A stretch of DNA of 64,000 nucleotides from a virus (IMGVR_UViG_3300032038_000005:32001-96000), one strand, 5' to 3'. Counted from the stretch's first letter, positions 20,386-31,519 are shown. The notes: a model not told the origin generated them from the sequence alone. Made by a program: numbers and translations.

Positions 20386-21450
20386 ATGTACAGTAATAGT
20401 TATATGAATCCACAGTATGCGATGCCGCAGCCCGTACCGGTATATCAGCAGGCGTACAACAAGACAATGCCAACGGAATTCTATCAGGTCAGAGATGACG
20501 ATAGAATTGTGCTTCTGAGCCTTGACGAATATCTGGCACAGCGCGGCTATACTCCTCAGAATGTCAGACCTGAGGAATGGGTAAGAATCATCGATGTTGC
20601 GGGAGATGCATTCTACTCTGATATCGTACAGAGACTGACCAGACTCTTCCCGTTTATCAACTACGCAGATGAGAACGATGACCGTGCAAGGGGTCTCAAG
20701 AATAGTCTGTATCATCACATGAGAAATCCCAGATTCATCAATTTGATGATGAAGCAGCTGTACCAGGAAAACAATGCAAAGGCAAATGGTTATGCTGGTG
20801 CATTCCTTTGTAAAGCTGCTGAGAGATATCTGAGAGATATGAAAGAGCTGGATGATGCAGAAGTGACAGCTGTACCGAAGACCACAAAGAAAGATGAGAA
20901 AGGGAAAGAGACAAAAGTCCCGACACCTCCTGCAGCACCCAAGAAGACACATCTTGATGAGAATGTTGCAGCTTCTATGTATAATGCCGCAATGCAGTTA
21001 CTCAATGGCAAATATCAGTATGTCAAGAATCGTTGTGTTGGTATCGAAGATGGTGATGCGTTGGCGATTGCCGGTTATCTTTCCATGAACAATGAACTGA
21101 CATTGAAGGGTCTCATTCAGTGTGACCTGCCGTTGACTGCTGAACTGTTACAGAACGATAGCACCATTGGTCCTGACCCTGGTAATATTATCGCGGCAGC
21201 ACTGCATCTGCAGAAAGCTGACTATACGAAACTCTCTGTCAACCAGACGAAGTTTATTGACAGTTTGACAAAATGGGTATATTCCAGACTCGATAGCCTT
21301 GCACCGACGGCTTGCTTGGAATATCTCGTTAGTGTCTATCGTACCAGCGCACCTGGTGATGTTGTGAAGACCAATCTGATTCAGCTGAAGGATTGTGGAA
21401 CTCAGTATCCCCAGCTCATTCAGGTCGTGAGAGCACTTAAGATGAACTAA
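20386..21450 (+). CDS. hypothetical protein
   Basis: AAGGAGG SD before MYSNS; 354 aa. Confidence 0.8.
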   Translation: MYSNSYMNPQYAMPQPVPVYQQAYNKTMPTEFYQVRDDDRIVLLSLDEYLAQRGYTPQNVRPEEWVRIIDVAGDAFYSDIVQRLTRLFPFINYADENDDRARGLKNSLYHHMRNPRFINLMMKQLYQENNAKANGYAGAFLCKAAERYLRDMKELDDAEVTAVPKTTKKDEKGKETKVPTPPAAPKKTHLDENVAASMYNAAMQLLNGKYQYVKNRCVGIEDGDALAIAGYLSMNNELTLKGLIQCDLPLTAELLQNDSTIGPDPGNIIAAALHLQKADYTKLSVNQTKFIDSLTKWVYSRLDSLAPTACLEYLVSVYRTSAPGDVVKTNLIQLKDCGTQYPQLIQVVRALKMN

Positions 21451-21466
21451 TTAAGGAGGAAGAATT

Positions 21467-22000
21467 ATGTGGAATAAGCAACCCGTGAGCCCTGATGTGG
21501 ATAGAGTCATCAAGCCTATCATCATCGACATGACAAACATCTCCATCGCAGAACAGATGGACCCGACCATCAAGAACAATGAACCGGAAAACAGAAAGCG
21601 TCTGAAGAGAAAGTGTGTGCACATCACCTACAATCAGAACCAGACCGACTTCGTCATTCGTGCCCGCAAACAGGAAGACGGCAAATTCGTATGTGCGGTA
21701 TGCGGGCAGGAAATCGGTACAGAATTTAATGACGATGCAATCGACGACTACTTCCGCTGCCTGAAGAGAGTGAACCAGCTCTGTCTGTTTGGTCTGTTGC
21801 ATGGTATGCCTGCGAACTACCTGTATGGTATTATCGCACTGAAAGAGATGCTCCCCGACGTAGCAAGAATTCATAAGGAACTGAACGTGGTGGTATCCAA
21901 GGAGAACAAGGATAACAATGCACTGGATAATCTCGGTGCAGAATATGCAAGTTCCTCTTGGAACAACATCACAGGCTTCTACGGAAACGGTAGTTATTAA
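21467..22000 (+). CDS. hypothetical protein with possible Zn-binding motif
   Basis: CVH ... CAVCG. Confidence 0.75.
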   Translation: MWNKQPVSPDVDRVIKPIIIDMTNISIAEQMDPTIKNNEPENRKRLKRKCVHITYNQNQTDFVIRARKQEDGKFVCAVCGQEIGTEFNDDAIDDYFRCLKRVNQLCLFGLLHGMPANYLYGIIALKEMLPDVARIHKELNVVVSKENKDNNALDNLGAEYASSSWNNITGFYGNGSY

Positions 22001-22007
22001 TCATGAT

Positions 22008-22058
22008 GAAGAATGACGGGGGCGTATGCCCCCGTTCTTCTTATTTCTATTTTTTTTT
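22008..22058. terminator. bidirectional terminator
   Basis: cggggg-cgtatg-ccccg core in an extended aagaa/ttctt stem plus a T-run, between convergent genes. Confidence 0.7.
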
Positions 22059-23289
22059 AATTTTTGCATAATTGCATCGTCGTTTGTACGACAAAGAGCT
22101 GATCATTCTGATTGGAGATGACATGATTAACAAATGATGGACGATACAGTCCTCGCATATTGGATCCACGTATTGCAGAATCAAATAATAGATTGTATCT
22201 CGTATTCACATGCATTCTTCCAATATCAAATCCAATGGCGCTGAGATCGACTCGTGTTATTTTTTCTTTGATACGAGCTGCATTGGAAGATGCAACAAAT
22301 GGGTTCACATACTTGTGAAGAATATTTGGAATATTGTCAGAACCATAAATCTCATTTGTTTTGTATCGGTATAATTCTGACAATAATGATGTTTGAATTT
22401 CGTTTGTATTCACATTTACAGCTCCAATATGTTCTGCTTGGATAATTCGTTCAATATCTGATTCTGTCAAGACGGCAACATTATCAAACAACAGATACAT
22501 CTCATATGTGTTATGATCATATTTTTTCAATCCCACCGTGTCCGCATTTGTCTGTGAGGAAGCAATTCTGATGGGGATGATGTTTCCATATACATCTGAT
22601 GATGCATTGGTAATATACAATTGATCCAAATCCCCATAGACATGTGCACCTTTTTCATATAATCCATAATAGGTATCAAAATACGTAAATGCTTGTAACA
22701 TATTAAGATTGGGAATTAAGATTTGATCAAATCGACTGGTTTGATTTAATGGATCCATATGGTATTGATGAATATTGGATCTCGATAACATACTCTCCAT
22801 GACAGATGTCAACGGCATATTCTGATAAATAGATTCTGTTTGTCGTTTCATATAGTAAATCAACTTCTGATGATAGCCGTATAATTCAATGGTGTATTTC
22901 GGTGTCTCATTCAGATTTGATTGTGTCTTTACACCATCTCGATATTGATCCATCTTAGATGTGGGGATGTTTTTGTTTTCAATATAAGCTTTCATGCTGA
23001 ATGAAAAGCTTGTGGCACCATCCACTAATGTTGGTTTCTCTTGGTCTTTGATTAAGTAGACACCCGCATCAAAATTTCCAATCATGGTAATTTCATCTGG
23101 ATATTCTGTGATGTTTTGGATCAATGCCAAATCACAATACAAACGAACACGAATGATGGGATATGTCATAGTGTCGTAATTATGAATCATGGCAACGGAT
23201 ACAATATTAGATGGACTGACGTTATATGTCTCACCATTCACTCCCAATGCCATTGTCACACGATACATGGTTTGATATCGATTTTCCAC
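22057..23289 (-). CDS. probable virion structural protein (baseplate hub-like)
   Basis: 410 aa, AAGGAGG SD with GTG start; function inferred from context. Confidence 0.5.
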   Translation of the reverse strand: MENRYQTMYRVTMALGVNGETYNVSPSNIVSVAMIHNYDTMTYPIIRVRLYCDLALIQNITEYPDEITMIGNFDAGVYLIKDQEKPTLVDGATSFSFSMKAYIENKNIPTSKMDQYRDGVKTQSNLNETPKYTIELYGYHQKLIYYMKRQTESIYQNMPLTSVMESMLSRSNIHQYHMDPLNQTSRFDQILIPNLNMLQAFTYFDTYYGLYEKGAHVYGDLDQLYITNASSDVYGNIIPIRIASSQTNADTVGLKKYDHNTYEMYLLFDNVAVLTESDIERIIQAEHIGAVNVNTNEIQTSLLSELYRYKTNEIYGSDNIPNILHKYVNPFVASSNAARIKEKITRVDLSAIGFDIGRMHVNTRYNLLFDSAIRGSNMRGLYRPSFVNHVISNQNDQLFVVQTTMQLCKN

Positions 23290-23314
23290 GATAATACCTC
23301 CTTAATCACCCCTC

Positions 23315-23326
23315 GACATTTTGATA
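23315..23326 (+). promoter_or_regulatory. putative late promoter
   Basis: GACA-TTTTGA-TA upstream of the portal operon. Confidence 0.45.
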
Positions 23327-23380
23327 ATCTTACCGGTCTATTGTATTAGGTCGGAATATTTCGCACAAGGAGTTGTTATT

Positions 23381-24322
23381 ATGATTCGTTTTATACAAGA
23401 ATCTGCATTACCTAAATTGTCACAAAGCTCATTGTATACCAAATATGACCAGTCTTCTGGATTGACACAATCCTTACGAGAAGAACTTGCGGGATGTGCT
23501 GATTTTATTCAGAAACCAGATGACTTGAAAGAGATTGTCGCATTGATGCAATTGAATGGAGATGCTGTCATAAAGAAAGCAATCGACGCTTGGACGAAAG
23601 GTGAAATCGTTGTGATCTTCAACAATGAACAATCCAAGATTCCATCTGTACTTCCGTATATTGTGATTGGTAAAGAGGGAAATGTGAAATGTTATGTGTT
23701 TGCCGACAAGATCATGACAAGACTGAATTCGACGAATGAGTATATCAATCTTATGGCTGGATTAGAGGCAGGATATCTCGCATTGCGATTACAACAAAAT
23801 CCCGACCGGTTTATTTCCAATCGAAATGTCATGCTTGTATTAGCAGACATTTACCAGTTCATGGTACTTTGTCCACTGGAAGTTCGTTTATACATGAAAG
23901 GTGAGAACTTGACAAAAGCTATGATGTATGCAATCGCATTCTTTTATAAACTGATTGATGGAGAACAGATGTCGTTTGAGTCTATTAACTTTAAACGCTT
24001 ATTGAAGGAGAACGTCAATAATGATTTGGCAAAACAAATTGTTGCAGAAGTAAAGGCGTTGCAATCTCCCAGTTTCATGGATCTATTAGAATTAATCAAG
24101 AAGATCAATCCTGTTCGTTATGGAAATTTGGATGCCGTTTATGTACAAAACTTTGTGTCATGTTGCGGTGTTTATATCACCTTTGCATTGGAGAATCCGG
24201 GGTACTTGTTCTTGTTATTGACATCCTCATCTTACAAAACAAAGCTAACCTCATTCAATCTGAATAAATTGGTTGGTGCACAATCTAAGAAATGTATCAC
24301 ACAATTTGTCACAATGGTATGA
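23381..24322 (+). CDS. hypothetical (probably virion) protein
   Basis: 313-aa ORF, AAGGAG SD. Confidence 0.75.
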   Translation: MIRFIQESALPKLSQSSLYTKYDQSSGLTQSLREELAGCADFIQKPDDLKEIVALMQLNGDAVIKKAIDAWTKGEIVVIFNNEQSKIPSVLPYIVIGKEGNVKCYVFADKIMTRLNSTNEYINLMAGLEAGYLALRLQQNPDRFISNRNVMLVLADIYQFMVLCPLEVRLYMKGENLTKAMMYAIAFFYKLIDGEQMSFESINFKRLLKENVNNDLAKQIVAEVKALQSPSFMDLLELIKKINPVRYGNLDAVYVQNFVSCCGVYITFALENPGYLFLLLTSSSYKTKLTSFNLNKLVGAQSKKCITQFVTMV

Positions 24323-24359
24323 TGATATTAAGATATCATAAAGAAAGGAGTTGATTTGT

Positions 24360-27020
24360 ATGGATGAAAAACTAGTACATTTGACGGATGATCATCATGG
24401 ATCACATACGATAAATAATGCATCTACAAATGAGGCCTCATCTGTATCTCAGAGACCACACATAGATTATTTAAATCATCTCGCAAGTGACCGGAACGGG
24501 AATCGTCAAGCATACTGGTTTGCACCAGTGCAAACCAGATTAAAAGTGTTACAATTGACACAACAATTGGACTCTTACAGACGGGATTCTTCTTTGAGAA
24601 ATATAGAACTTGGAAGTGTATTAAACTTCATCAATTCTTCTGAATATCATGAACGATATCTCCCAAGAACAGAAAATCAAAGTCGGATGTTCAGTCAATT
24701 ATCAGAGACAAGATTGGATGCCAATATTCATTTGAATCAATCTTATTTGACGGCAGAGCGACCGAATTTATCGGAAAATTATTTGATTAATCAGCATCGG
24801 TTGAATGGACAATCCATGGAACCGCTAGTACAACTGTCTCAACCAACACCACAAGATACCAATACAGATGAAACAGAACGATCTTCTACTGTATCAGAAC
24901 CATTGGTTCATTTAACGAATTCTCAAGTGCCTTATACAATACCAGATCCATCAGGAGATACCATTTCAACAGAACCACTTGTACATCTTACAACGGAAAA
25001 TGGTACACCGATTTCACGCCCAACAGCAGAACAATTAATAGAACAATCTGTTCAAAAGGGAATCAATTTTGCAAAAGAAATTGAACAACAACGACAGACA
25101 ATCACCGAACAATCACAACAGCAACAAACACCGTTATATACCCATCGAAATTCCGATGATGACGATGATGGTGGTGCATCGTTGCCAGTAAAGCCATATG
25201 ATGTACAAAAAGAACAAGGGCGCTCTGCACTGAATCATGAAATAAAAGACAAGATCAAAGAGATCGCGGATGAATTAATCAACCGATCTATTATTGAAAG
25301 ACTTATTGAACCGAATCTCGGCCAAACTTTGCCATCCTCAGAGGCATATCCCATAGATCCTGGCATTAAGCCAGTGGATCATTGGCGCGGTAGAGTTTAT
25401 AATAAAGATTTACACTTGTATCGCGATAGCACATTAGTTACAGATGGGAATGGTGATACGACACGTGAATACACTTATACCAACGATGATTATCTGTATC
25501 TCAATACCGCAAAGTCTGCCGAACGATCAAGCATCGCATTGGAAGAAGAACGGTTTGCAACAAAAGAAGATCACTTCGATTCACAAAGTGCTGCATTTAT
25601 GGAGAATCGAGCAGAAGGGTATTTACAATCGAATGGGGAACAAAAGTTTCAAGGTGGTCATACGCCAATCGTGATGTCAGGTGATGAGCGCAAAAGAAAG
25701 ATTCAGGAATACCAAGATGGACTGGCACAAGATGAGGTAAAACATCATGGATATCGACCATTATCTGTACTTGATCCATTTACCAGATTAGCAGACCTTA
25801 GTACGGGGAATCACATTTATACGGCACAATATGCAAATGCATTCTCCTATAATCGAACCAGATTACCCATTTCGGATTTGGCATGGCGAAAAGGATTTCG
25901 TCATATCTTTATTACGCGTCCAGAATGTTATATTCTAACAACTGATCAAGAGCTGTCAAAACAATGCTATTATGACGATACATTCTATTCTTCTTATGCA
26001 AGAATGCCCCATATCAGTTATTTGTTATCACCATCCTATGTGACATGTCGAGATACAAAAAGTATGGATTATGGAGATAATTTTAATTATTTATTATCGA
26101 ATACAGTATATGGAATTTCTCCATCTGGTACACAATTATCACAATTAGAAAGTGTACAAAAATCTACTGTCAATGCAACGGTGATGCCTGGTACATGGAT
26201 CAATAGTCGTTATGGAAATCAATTGAATTTGACATTCCATGACACAAAATATCTGGAGGTGTATGAATGTTTACGATTGTGGATGGAATATATTGAACAC
26301 ATTTACTCTGGGAAATTCGCATCTTCCTATAATGAATATTCATCTGATAACACCTATAACATCGATACGGGAATTACAGCTGAAGAGGGTTATCAAAGAT
26401 TGCAACCAACACATCATCACTTACATCCCTATGATAGAGCATTGGATTATTGTGCAACAATCTTTGATATTGTGACAAATGAGGCAGGAACAAAAATTTT
26501 GTATTGGTGTAAATACATCGGCGTCTATCCCGTGTTAGCACAACAGAATGGATTGTCAGATAACAATAACCAAGCATTGACAGAACAACAAACAGTGTCG
26601 GCGAGCTTCTACTATCAAGGAAAAGAAGAATATAAAATGAAGACATTAGTGGAGTTTAATTATAATGCTGGGATTGTGGATGAGCTTGGTCACCCAAACA
26701 ATGAGAATTATGCATTCTCATTACCATACTTATTGCGGACGAATTATAACCAATATCAGACCCATGAGGATCCTGATGCACGTCGAAATGGATATATGGG
26801 TGCAGCTGGTATGTTCACTGGTCGACCATATATTGTATTGAATACGGAGATGGATCGACTGATGAACCAAAATAAGTTGATACCCCAATTACGATTTATG
26901 CAATTATTAGATGAAACAGCTGGATGGATGAATGGTGGTATCGAACGTAATGTCAAAGAGAAGAAAGGCAGTATCGAACCTCGTGCGGCGATTACTGATG
27001 ATGAAGAAATTGAAGCATAA
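24360..27020 (+). CDS. virion structural protein; disordered repeat-containing N-half and tail-tube-like C-domain
   Basis: EPLVHLT repeats; C-terminal RHIFITRPE, LNLTFHDT..W and YWCKYIGVYP resemble tube/baseplate-fold proteins (inference). Confidence 0.55.
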   Translation: MDEKLVHLTDDHHGSHTINNASTNEASSVSQRPHIDYLNHLASDRNGNRQAYWFAPVQTRLKVLQLTQQLDSYRRDSSLRNIELGSVLNFINSSEYHERYLPRTENQSRMFSQLSETRLDANIHLNQSYLTAERPNLSENYLINQHRLNGQSMEPLVQLSQPTPQDTNTDETERSSTVSEPLVHLTNSQVPYTIPDPSGDTISTEPLVHLTTENGTPISRPTAEQLIEQSVQKGINFAKEIEQQRQTITEQSQQQQTPLYTHRNSDDDDDGGASLPVKPYDVQKEQGRSALNHEIKDKIKEIADELINRSIIERLIEPNLGQTLPSSEAYPIDPGIKPVDHWRGRVYNKDLHLYRDSTLVTDGNGDTTREYTYTNDDYLYLNTAKSAERSSIALEEERFATKEDHFDSQSAAFMENRAEGYLQSNGEQKFQGGHTPIVMSGDERKRKIQEYQDGLAQDEVKHHGYRPLSVLDPFTRLADLSTGNHIYTAQYANAFSYNRTRLPISDLAWRKGFRHIFITRPECYILTTDQELSKQCYYDDTFYSSYARMPHISYLLSPSYVTCRDTKSMDYGDNFNYLLSNTVYGISPSGTQLSQLESVQKSTVNATVMPGTWINSRYGNQLNLTFHDTKYLEVYECLRLWMEYIEHIYSGKFASSYNEYSSDNTYNIDTGITAEEGYQRLQPTHHHLHPYDRALDYCATIFDIVTNEAGTKILYWCKYIGVYPVLAQQNGLSDNNNQALTEQQTVSASFYYQGKEEYKMKTLVEFNYNAGIVDELGHPNNENYAFSLPYLLRTNYNQYQTHEDPDARRNGYMGAAGMFTGRPYIVLNTEMDRLMNQNKLIPQLRFMQLLDETAGWMNGGIERNVKEKKGSIEPRAAITDDEEIEA

Positions 27021-27041
27021 ACAAGAAGGGAGTTGATGTAC

Positions 27042-29420
27042 ATGGCAGATATCAATGAAGATCTGTTGCATGGATTGATTAATGATGTTTTAGGTCAAGA
27101 TGAAATTCAAGTAACTAAAGATGAGATTGGAGACACTGTCACGAATATCTTGAAACAATACAATCTCTCCACGGATTTGTCATTTGTGGAAAAGATTGCA
27201 AAGATGAAGTTTCATAACAACAAAGGAGAAGAAGTTTCCATTGAAGGAATGCCGACAGAATTACAAGACGCTGCATTCTTACCTGTGAATACAATCGCAG
27301 ATATTGCATTACGTCAAGATTTGGATATGATCATTTCACAGATTCCAGAATGGTATAACGCGATTCAAGTCACACGTGATGCCGTTTGTGAAGCAGATAC
27401 GGTAGATGGCAAATTATCAAGAGTCATCAAATTCAATCGTATCTCATTGGACGAGCACCAAAAATTGTCCAATATTGCAAAGATTGAAGATGTGGAAGAT
27501 CGTTTGGAATTAAATCATATTATCAAGAATCATATTGTATTTAACACACTGCTATATGGTGAATCCTATGTATATACCATTCCCTATGCAAAGGTGTTCT
27601 CAGATTTATACCAGTTCCGTTTAAATGCGGATGACAAACGAAAATCCGCAAGTGTGGCAAATATGTTTGAAGTCTCTTCCACTATGAAAGGATATGGCTA
27701 TGGGGAATCCGCAGTCGAAATCAGTTTAAATGATACAATTGTGCAAGAAAATGCAAAGACCAAACATCGCCGGGATCATACAATTTTTACGGAACAAGAG
27801 ATTATGGATATCAACCCAATGTATCATGGTCGAATCATCGGCGAAGATGGGTTGGAAAATAAGAAAATGCAAAGTGAATATGATAAAGAGTTTGAAGAAT
27901 ATTTAAAAGATATCGGTGACAATATTTCTTATATTGAACAAGATATTGCATTACCCGTCTTAGAACAATCGGCTCATGATTTAAAAGCTGTCTATGAAGA
28001 AAAGTATCGTGCTACAAAAAATGAGACAGACGTAAAAGCATTCTTTGAAGAAGTAGTGGATGGAAATCCAGATCCAGAACCATCTACATTTGACAAACAT
28101 TTCTCACGTATTAAGGGATGTTATATTCGTATCTTACCAGCGACGAAGTTAATTCCCATTCGTATTGACAGAACGGTGATTGGATATTACTACGTGTCTG
28201 ATCAAACTCGTACGGAAAAGAGTGGTGAACGACGCAACTCTGGATTGGGTGGATATACACTTAGAACACCATCCATTGGTTATGACACCTTTTCTCCTGA
28301 TCAAATGTTCTGTGAGAAATTAGCCACAAAGATCATCAATAATTTTGATTTAAAATTCATGCGTGATAATATCGCATTGCATGAACAAATTGTTGCCATC
28401 TTGCAATCTCACAAATTTAATGAAGCAATGCTTCGTTTCATTTATATTCCCGCAGAACATGTATGTCAGTTCTCCGTCAATAAGGATGGTATGGGATGTG
28501 GGCATTCGATGATGGAGCCCGGTTTAATCGCTGCCAGAATGTATATGTTCCTCAAGTTGTATTCTGTACTGTACCAGATTAACAATTCTCAAGTGCGTGT
28601 TTATAATCTGAGAATGTCGGGGATTGATAAGAACTATCGGCAGTTTGTACAAGATACGATCCGGAAGTTTTCACAACGTCGTGTCACTGCAAATGACATT
28701 TTCAATTATCGTTCTTCCATGACAAAGGTATCTGGCGGGTCGGAATTGGTCATGCCGTTAGGTGCAGGTGGTGAGGCACCAATTCAAATTGATTCGATTC
28801 CCGCGGCAGAAGCACCCATTTCCAATGAACTAATGGAACAGATGAAAACAGAAGCCATTAACTCCACACCTGTACCTGCTTTGTTATTGACAAATGGCGC
28901 TGTATCAGAAATCGAATTTGCCAAAGAAACCGAATTAGCAAATACCAAATTCAATTCTTTCGTGGCGGGTGTCAAGATCGAATTAAACTATGATACGACA
29001 AAGTTTTATCGACGTTTGATGAGATGGGAAACAGATATTGACCCAGAGCTATTACAAGATATGAATTTCTCATTTCATATGTCCACATCAAAAACATTGA
29101 ATGTGACATCGGAAAAAATCTCAACATTTGATGCGGTATGGCAATTGGTCATGAATACCTTTTTAACAAAAGAGGAACGACAAGAAGGAGATGGAGAACC
29201 AGGAGACACTCCCGTTGCTCGTGCATTGAAAAAGAAGCTGATTGCAAAGTATTTCCCAGAAATTGATGTGGAAGATTTTGAGATGTTGGTTGGAGAGGCA
29301 CGTGATGAGGCAAATCAACATAAATTGAATGAGATTGATAAGAACAAGAATCTATTAGATAACAACGTTCCAGATGCTGGACCGGGTGAAGGAATTGATG
29401 ATGGGGGTATGATGTTCTAA
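27042..29420 (+). CDS. portal protein (jumbo-phage type)
   Basis: 792 aa; TLLYGESYVY, KLIPIRID..IGYYY and AINSTPVP patterns typical of phiKZ-like portals; context. Confidence 0.7.
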   Translation: MADINEDLLHGLINDVLGQDEIQVTKDEIGDTVTNILKQYNLSTDLSFVEKIAKMKFHNNKGEEVSIEGMPTELQDAAFLPVNTIADIALRQDLDMIISQIPEWYNAIQVTRDAVCEADTVDGKLSRVIKFNRISLDEHQKLSNIAKIEDVEDRLELNHIIKNHIVFNTLLYGESYVYTIPYAKVFSDLYQFRLNADDKRKSASVANMFEVSSTMKGYGYGESAVEISLNDTIVQENAKTKHRRDHTIFTEQEIMDINPMYHGRIIGEDGLENKKMQSEYDKEFEEYLKDIGDNISYIEQDIALPVLEQSAHDLKAVYEEKYRATKNETDVKAFFEEVVDGNPDPEPSTFDKHFSRIKGCYIRILPATKLIPIRIDRTVIGYYYVSDQTRTEKSGERRNSGLGGYTLRTPSIGYDTFSPDQMFCEKLATKIINNFDLKFMRDNIALHEQIVAILQSHKFNEAMLRFIYIPAEHVCQFSVNKDGMGCGHSMMEPGLIAARMYMFLKLYSVLYQINNSQVRVYNLRMSGIDKNYRQFVQDTIRKFSQRRVTANDIFNYRSSMTKVSGGSELVMPLGAGGEAPIQIDSIPAAEAPISNELMEQMKTEAINSTPVPALLLTNGAVSEIEFAKETELANTKFNSFVAGVKIELNYDTTKFYRRLMRWETDIDPELLQDMNFSFHMSTSKTLNVTSEKISTFDAVWQLVMNTFLTKEERQEGDGEPGDTPVARALKKKLIAKYFPEIDVEDFEMLVGEARDEANQHKLNEIDKNKNLLDNNVPDAGPGEGIDDGGMMF

Positions 29421-31187
29421 TGGCAAAAGATAACATGACGGTTGAAAAAACTTCAACAGGTGCAATCATTCATGAACCAACATTGGAAGTGAAACGTAAA
29501 GCATTACAATATTTCTCATTACCAGATCCACAACGTGAATACTTTATTTATTCCGGATCGGATATTAATAAGAAACCAATCTTTGGACATGAACATGATG
29601 TACTATATATTTCATCTGGATTCTTAAAGATTAAAGATCCAGTCATTGATAATCTACGACTGCGTGCGACAAGAGTCACATCACGTGATGGTGCTCCAAT
29701 TGAGATTGAAATGAATCGTAAACCAAGATCACAATTACAAGTAGATTGTATCCAAATGATGGTAGAAACAGGTTATTCCAAAATGACATGTGAAGTAAAG
29801 CCTGGTGTTGACTTCCGGCACCCGTATCGAGTAATCGGTATGTAAAATTACCCTTTGAATTGCTGGGACACTTTAATGCTCATTGTACTACAACATGATG
29901 CCGAATCAGGCATGAGTGTGAATGTGACGAAAGTAAAAAGAAACAATGAGATGGTACATGGTTAAATCCTAAATACTAATAAGGAAAAATAAGTAATCAG
30001 CAGCGAAGCTCTGAACAGGAGAACGTTCAACGACTATCCATGATGGAGTAGGAATGATATTCCGAAGCGGAGGGCATCCCATTGGGATGATGATATAGTC
30101 TAAACTAAAATAAAGCGGAAAGACATTTATGGCATTATCTGTCATCGCACAACTTGGAAAGAAACCATTGATAATTGCACCAACTGCATTATTGAAGAAT
30201 CAATGGATTGAAAACTTTACGGATCTGGGTGTACCGGAATCCGATATTGCAACACGTATTTATGATGGACCAAATAAGAAAGTATGTGTTGTCACGATCT
30301 CCGCAATCGAGAATGAACTCAGAAAAGATTGGGAGGGATTGCTACATGTGTTGGCTCAAGCAAACTATGGAATCCGTATTACAGATGAAGCACATTTACA
30401 TTTGAAGGGCGTACTGAAGTTTGATGCCATTGCCAATATCAAACGTAATTACTATTTGTCAGCAACCTTAGGCAGATCCGATGAATCAGAAGATGATGTT
30501 CTTAATAGAGCTTTATTAGATGCTGACAGATTTGTTGGAGATAAGCGTTATGAAGAATATCAAGACGAATACATCAATGTGTATTTACAAGATATCTACT
30601 ACAATGCTTCACGAGAAATCTGTGACGAGCATTTCAAATATGGCAAGAAAGGTTTGATTTCAGCAACCTATTATAGAATGCTGATGGACTATCAACATGG
30701 AAAACCTTTTTACAATAATGCAATGCGTATGGTAAAGATTGCACAAAAGATCAAAGTGCAAGGAAAAGTATTATTGCTTTTACCATTACTTGATGCAATT
30801 CAACAAGTCAAAGAAGAGATGAAAAAAGATCCATACTTTGATAAATTAACCATCTCTTGTGTCGATGGACATATGAAACAATCAGAGAAGATGGAAGCAT
30901 TAGAGAAGGACATTATTTTATCAACTACCATGTCAATGGGAACAGGAGTCGACGTTTCTAACTTAGGAGCAGTTGTAAACTTTGATCAGAAGTCCTCTCT
31001 CATTATACTCGAACAGATTGTGGGTAGACTTAGAAATCGTGGATTTCAAACATACTACATTGATGTGTGTGACCATGTGAAATATGCCAGAGCATTTGAA
31101 AACTGGGGAATGAAGCGTCGTCAGTATATGCCTTACTTTCCGGGAGTTTCCAGTAAGCTTAAACTGTTACCAAAAATCATGTGTTAA
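29420..31187 (+). CDS. SF2 (UvsW-like) DEAH helicase, spliced: exon 1 29420-29808, exon 2 30116-31187 (486 aa)
   Basis: Splicing restores Walker A KPGVGKT; also DEAH, LSAT, GTGVD and QIVGRLR motifs. Confidence 0.9.
29809..30115 (+). ncRNA. group I self-splicing intron (IA2-like), no internal ORF
   Basis: Exon end ggtgU pairs with IGS Gcacc (29818-29822) via a U.G wobble; P10 ttccg/cggaa; P aattgctggga, Q aatcagcagc, R gttcaacgacta, S tgatatagtc; P3, P7, P7.1, P7.2, P8; terminal G at 30115. Confidence 0.92.
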
Positions 31188-31217
31188 TTTTTATATATCA
31201 AGATAATACATGTATGT

Positions 31218-31390
31218 AATCTGATTGAATTTACTTTTCACTTTCTTTGGCCATAAGTAAAGTAAGTCCTCCTATGATAATAATATATGAGCGTTAAACG
31301 GGCATTGGATTAGCGCTCACCCGTGAATTTGATCAGAGATCAGTGTATAGATTGTATTGGGGGCGAAAGCCCCCAAACAGTCTTTATTTT
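31218..31390 (+). ncRNA. candidate structured small RNA
   Basis: TACA-N6-TA promoter-like site, 12-bp closing stem, internal hairpins, pseudoknot and its own GAAA-loop terminator. Confidence 0.45.
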
Positions 31391-31400
31391 TATTTTTCAT

Positions 31401-31419
31401 ATACATATTATTTATTTGA
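31401..31419 (+). promoter_or_regulatory. putative early promoter
   Basis: ATACATATTATTTATTTGA followed by a ttgatata-gaaa-tatatcaa hairpin. Confidence 0.6.
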
Positions 31420-31519
31420 TATAGAAATATATCAATGTCCGCGGTGTGAGAAATCAAAATCAATCTGCTCTCACACTAATTCTGTTCATTAACTTTTACG
31501 CAGAAAGGAGAAATGTAAA

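Noticed and set aside
29809-29845. C-terminal 'DFRHPYRVIGM*' of the 141-aa ORF, and a separate 352-aa ORF at 30129
   Set aside because: Artefacts of the unspliced intron; both belong to one helicase gene.
31289-31324. THF riboswitch (gcgttaa, acggg words)
   Set aside because: The three-way junction architecture is absent and there is no folate gene downstream.
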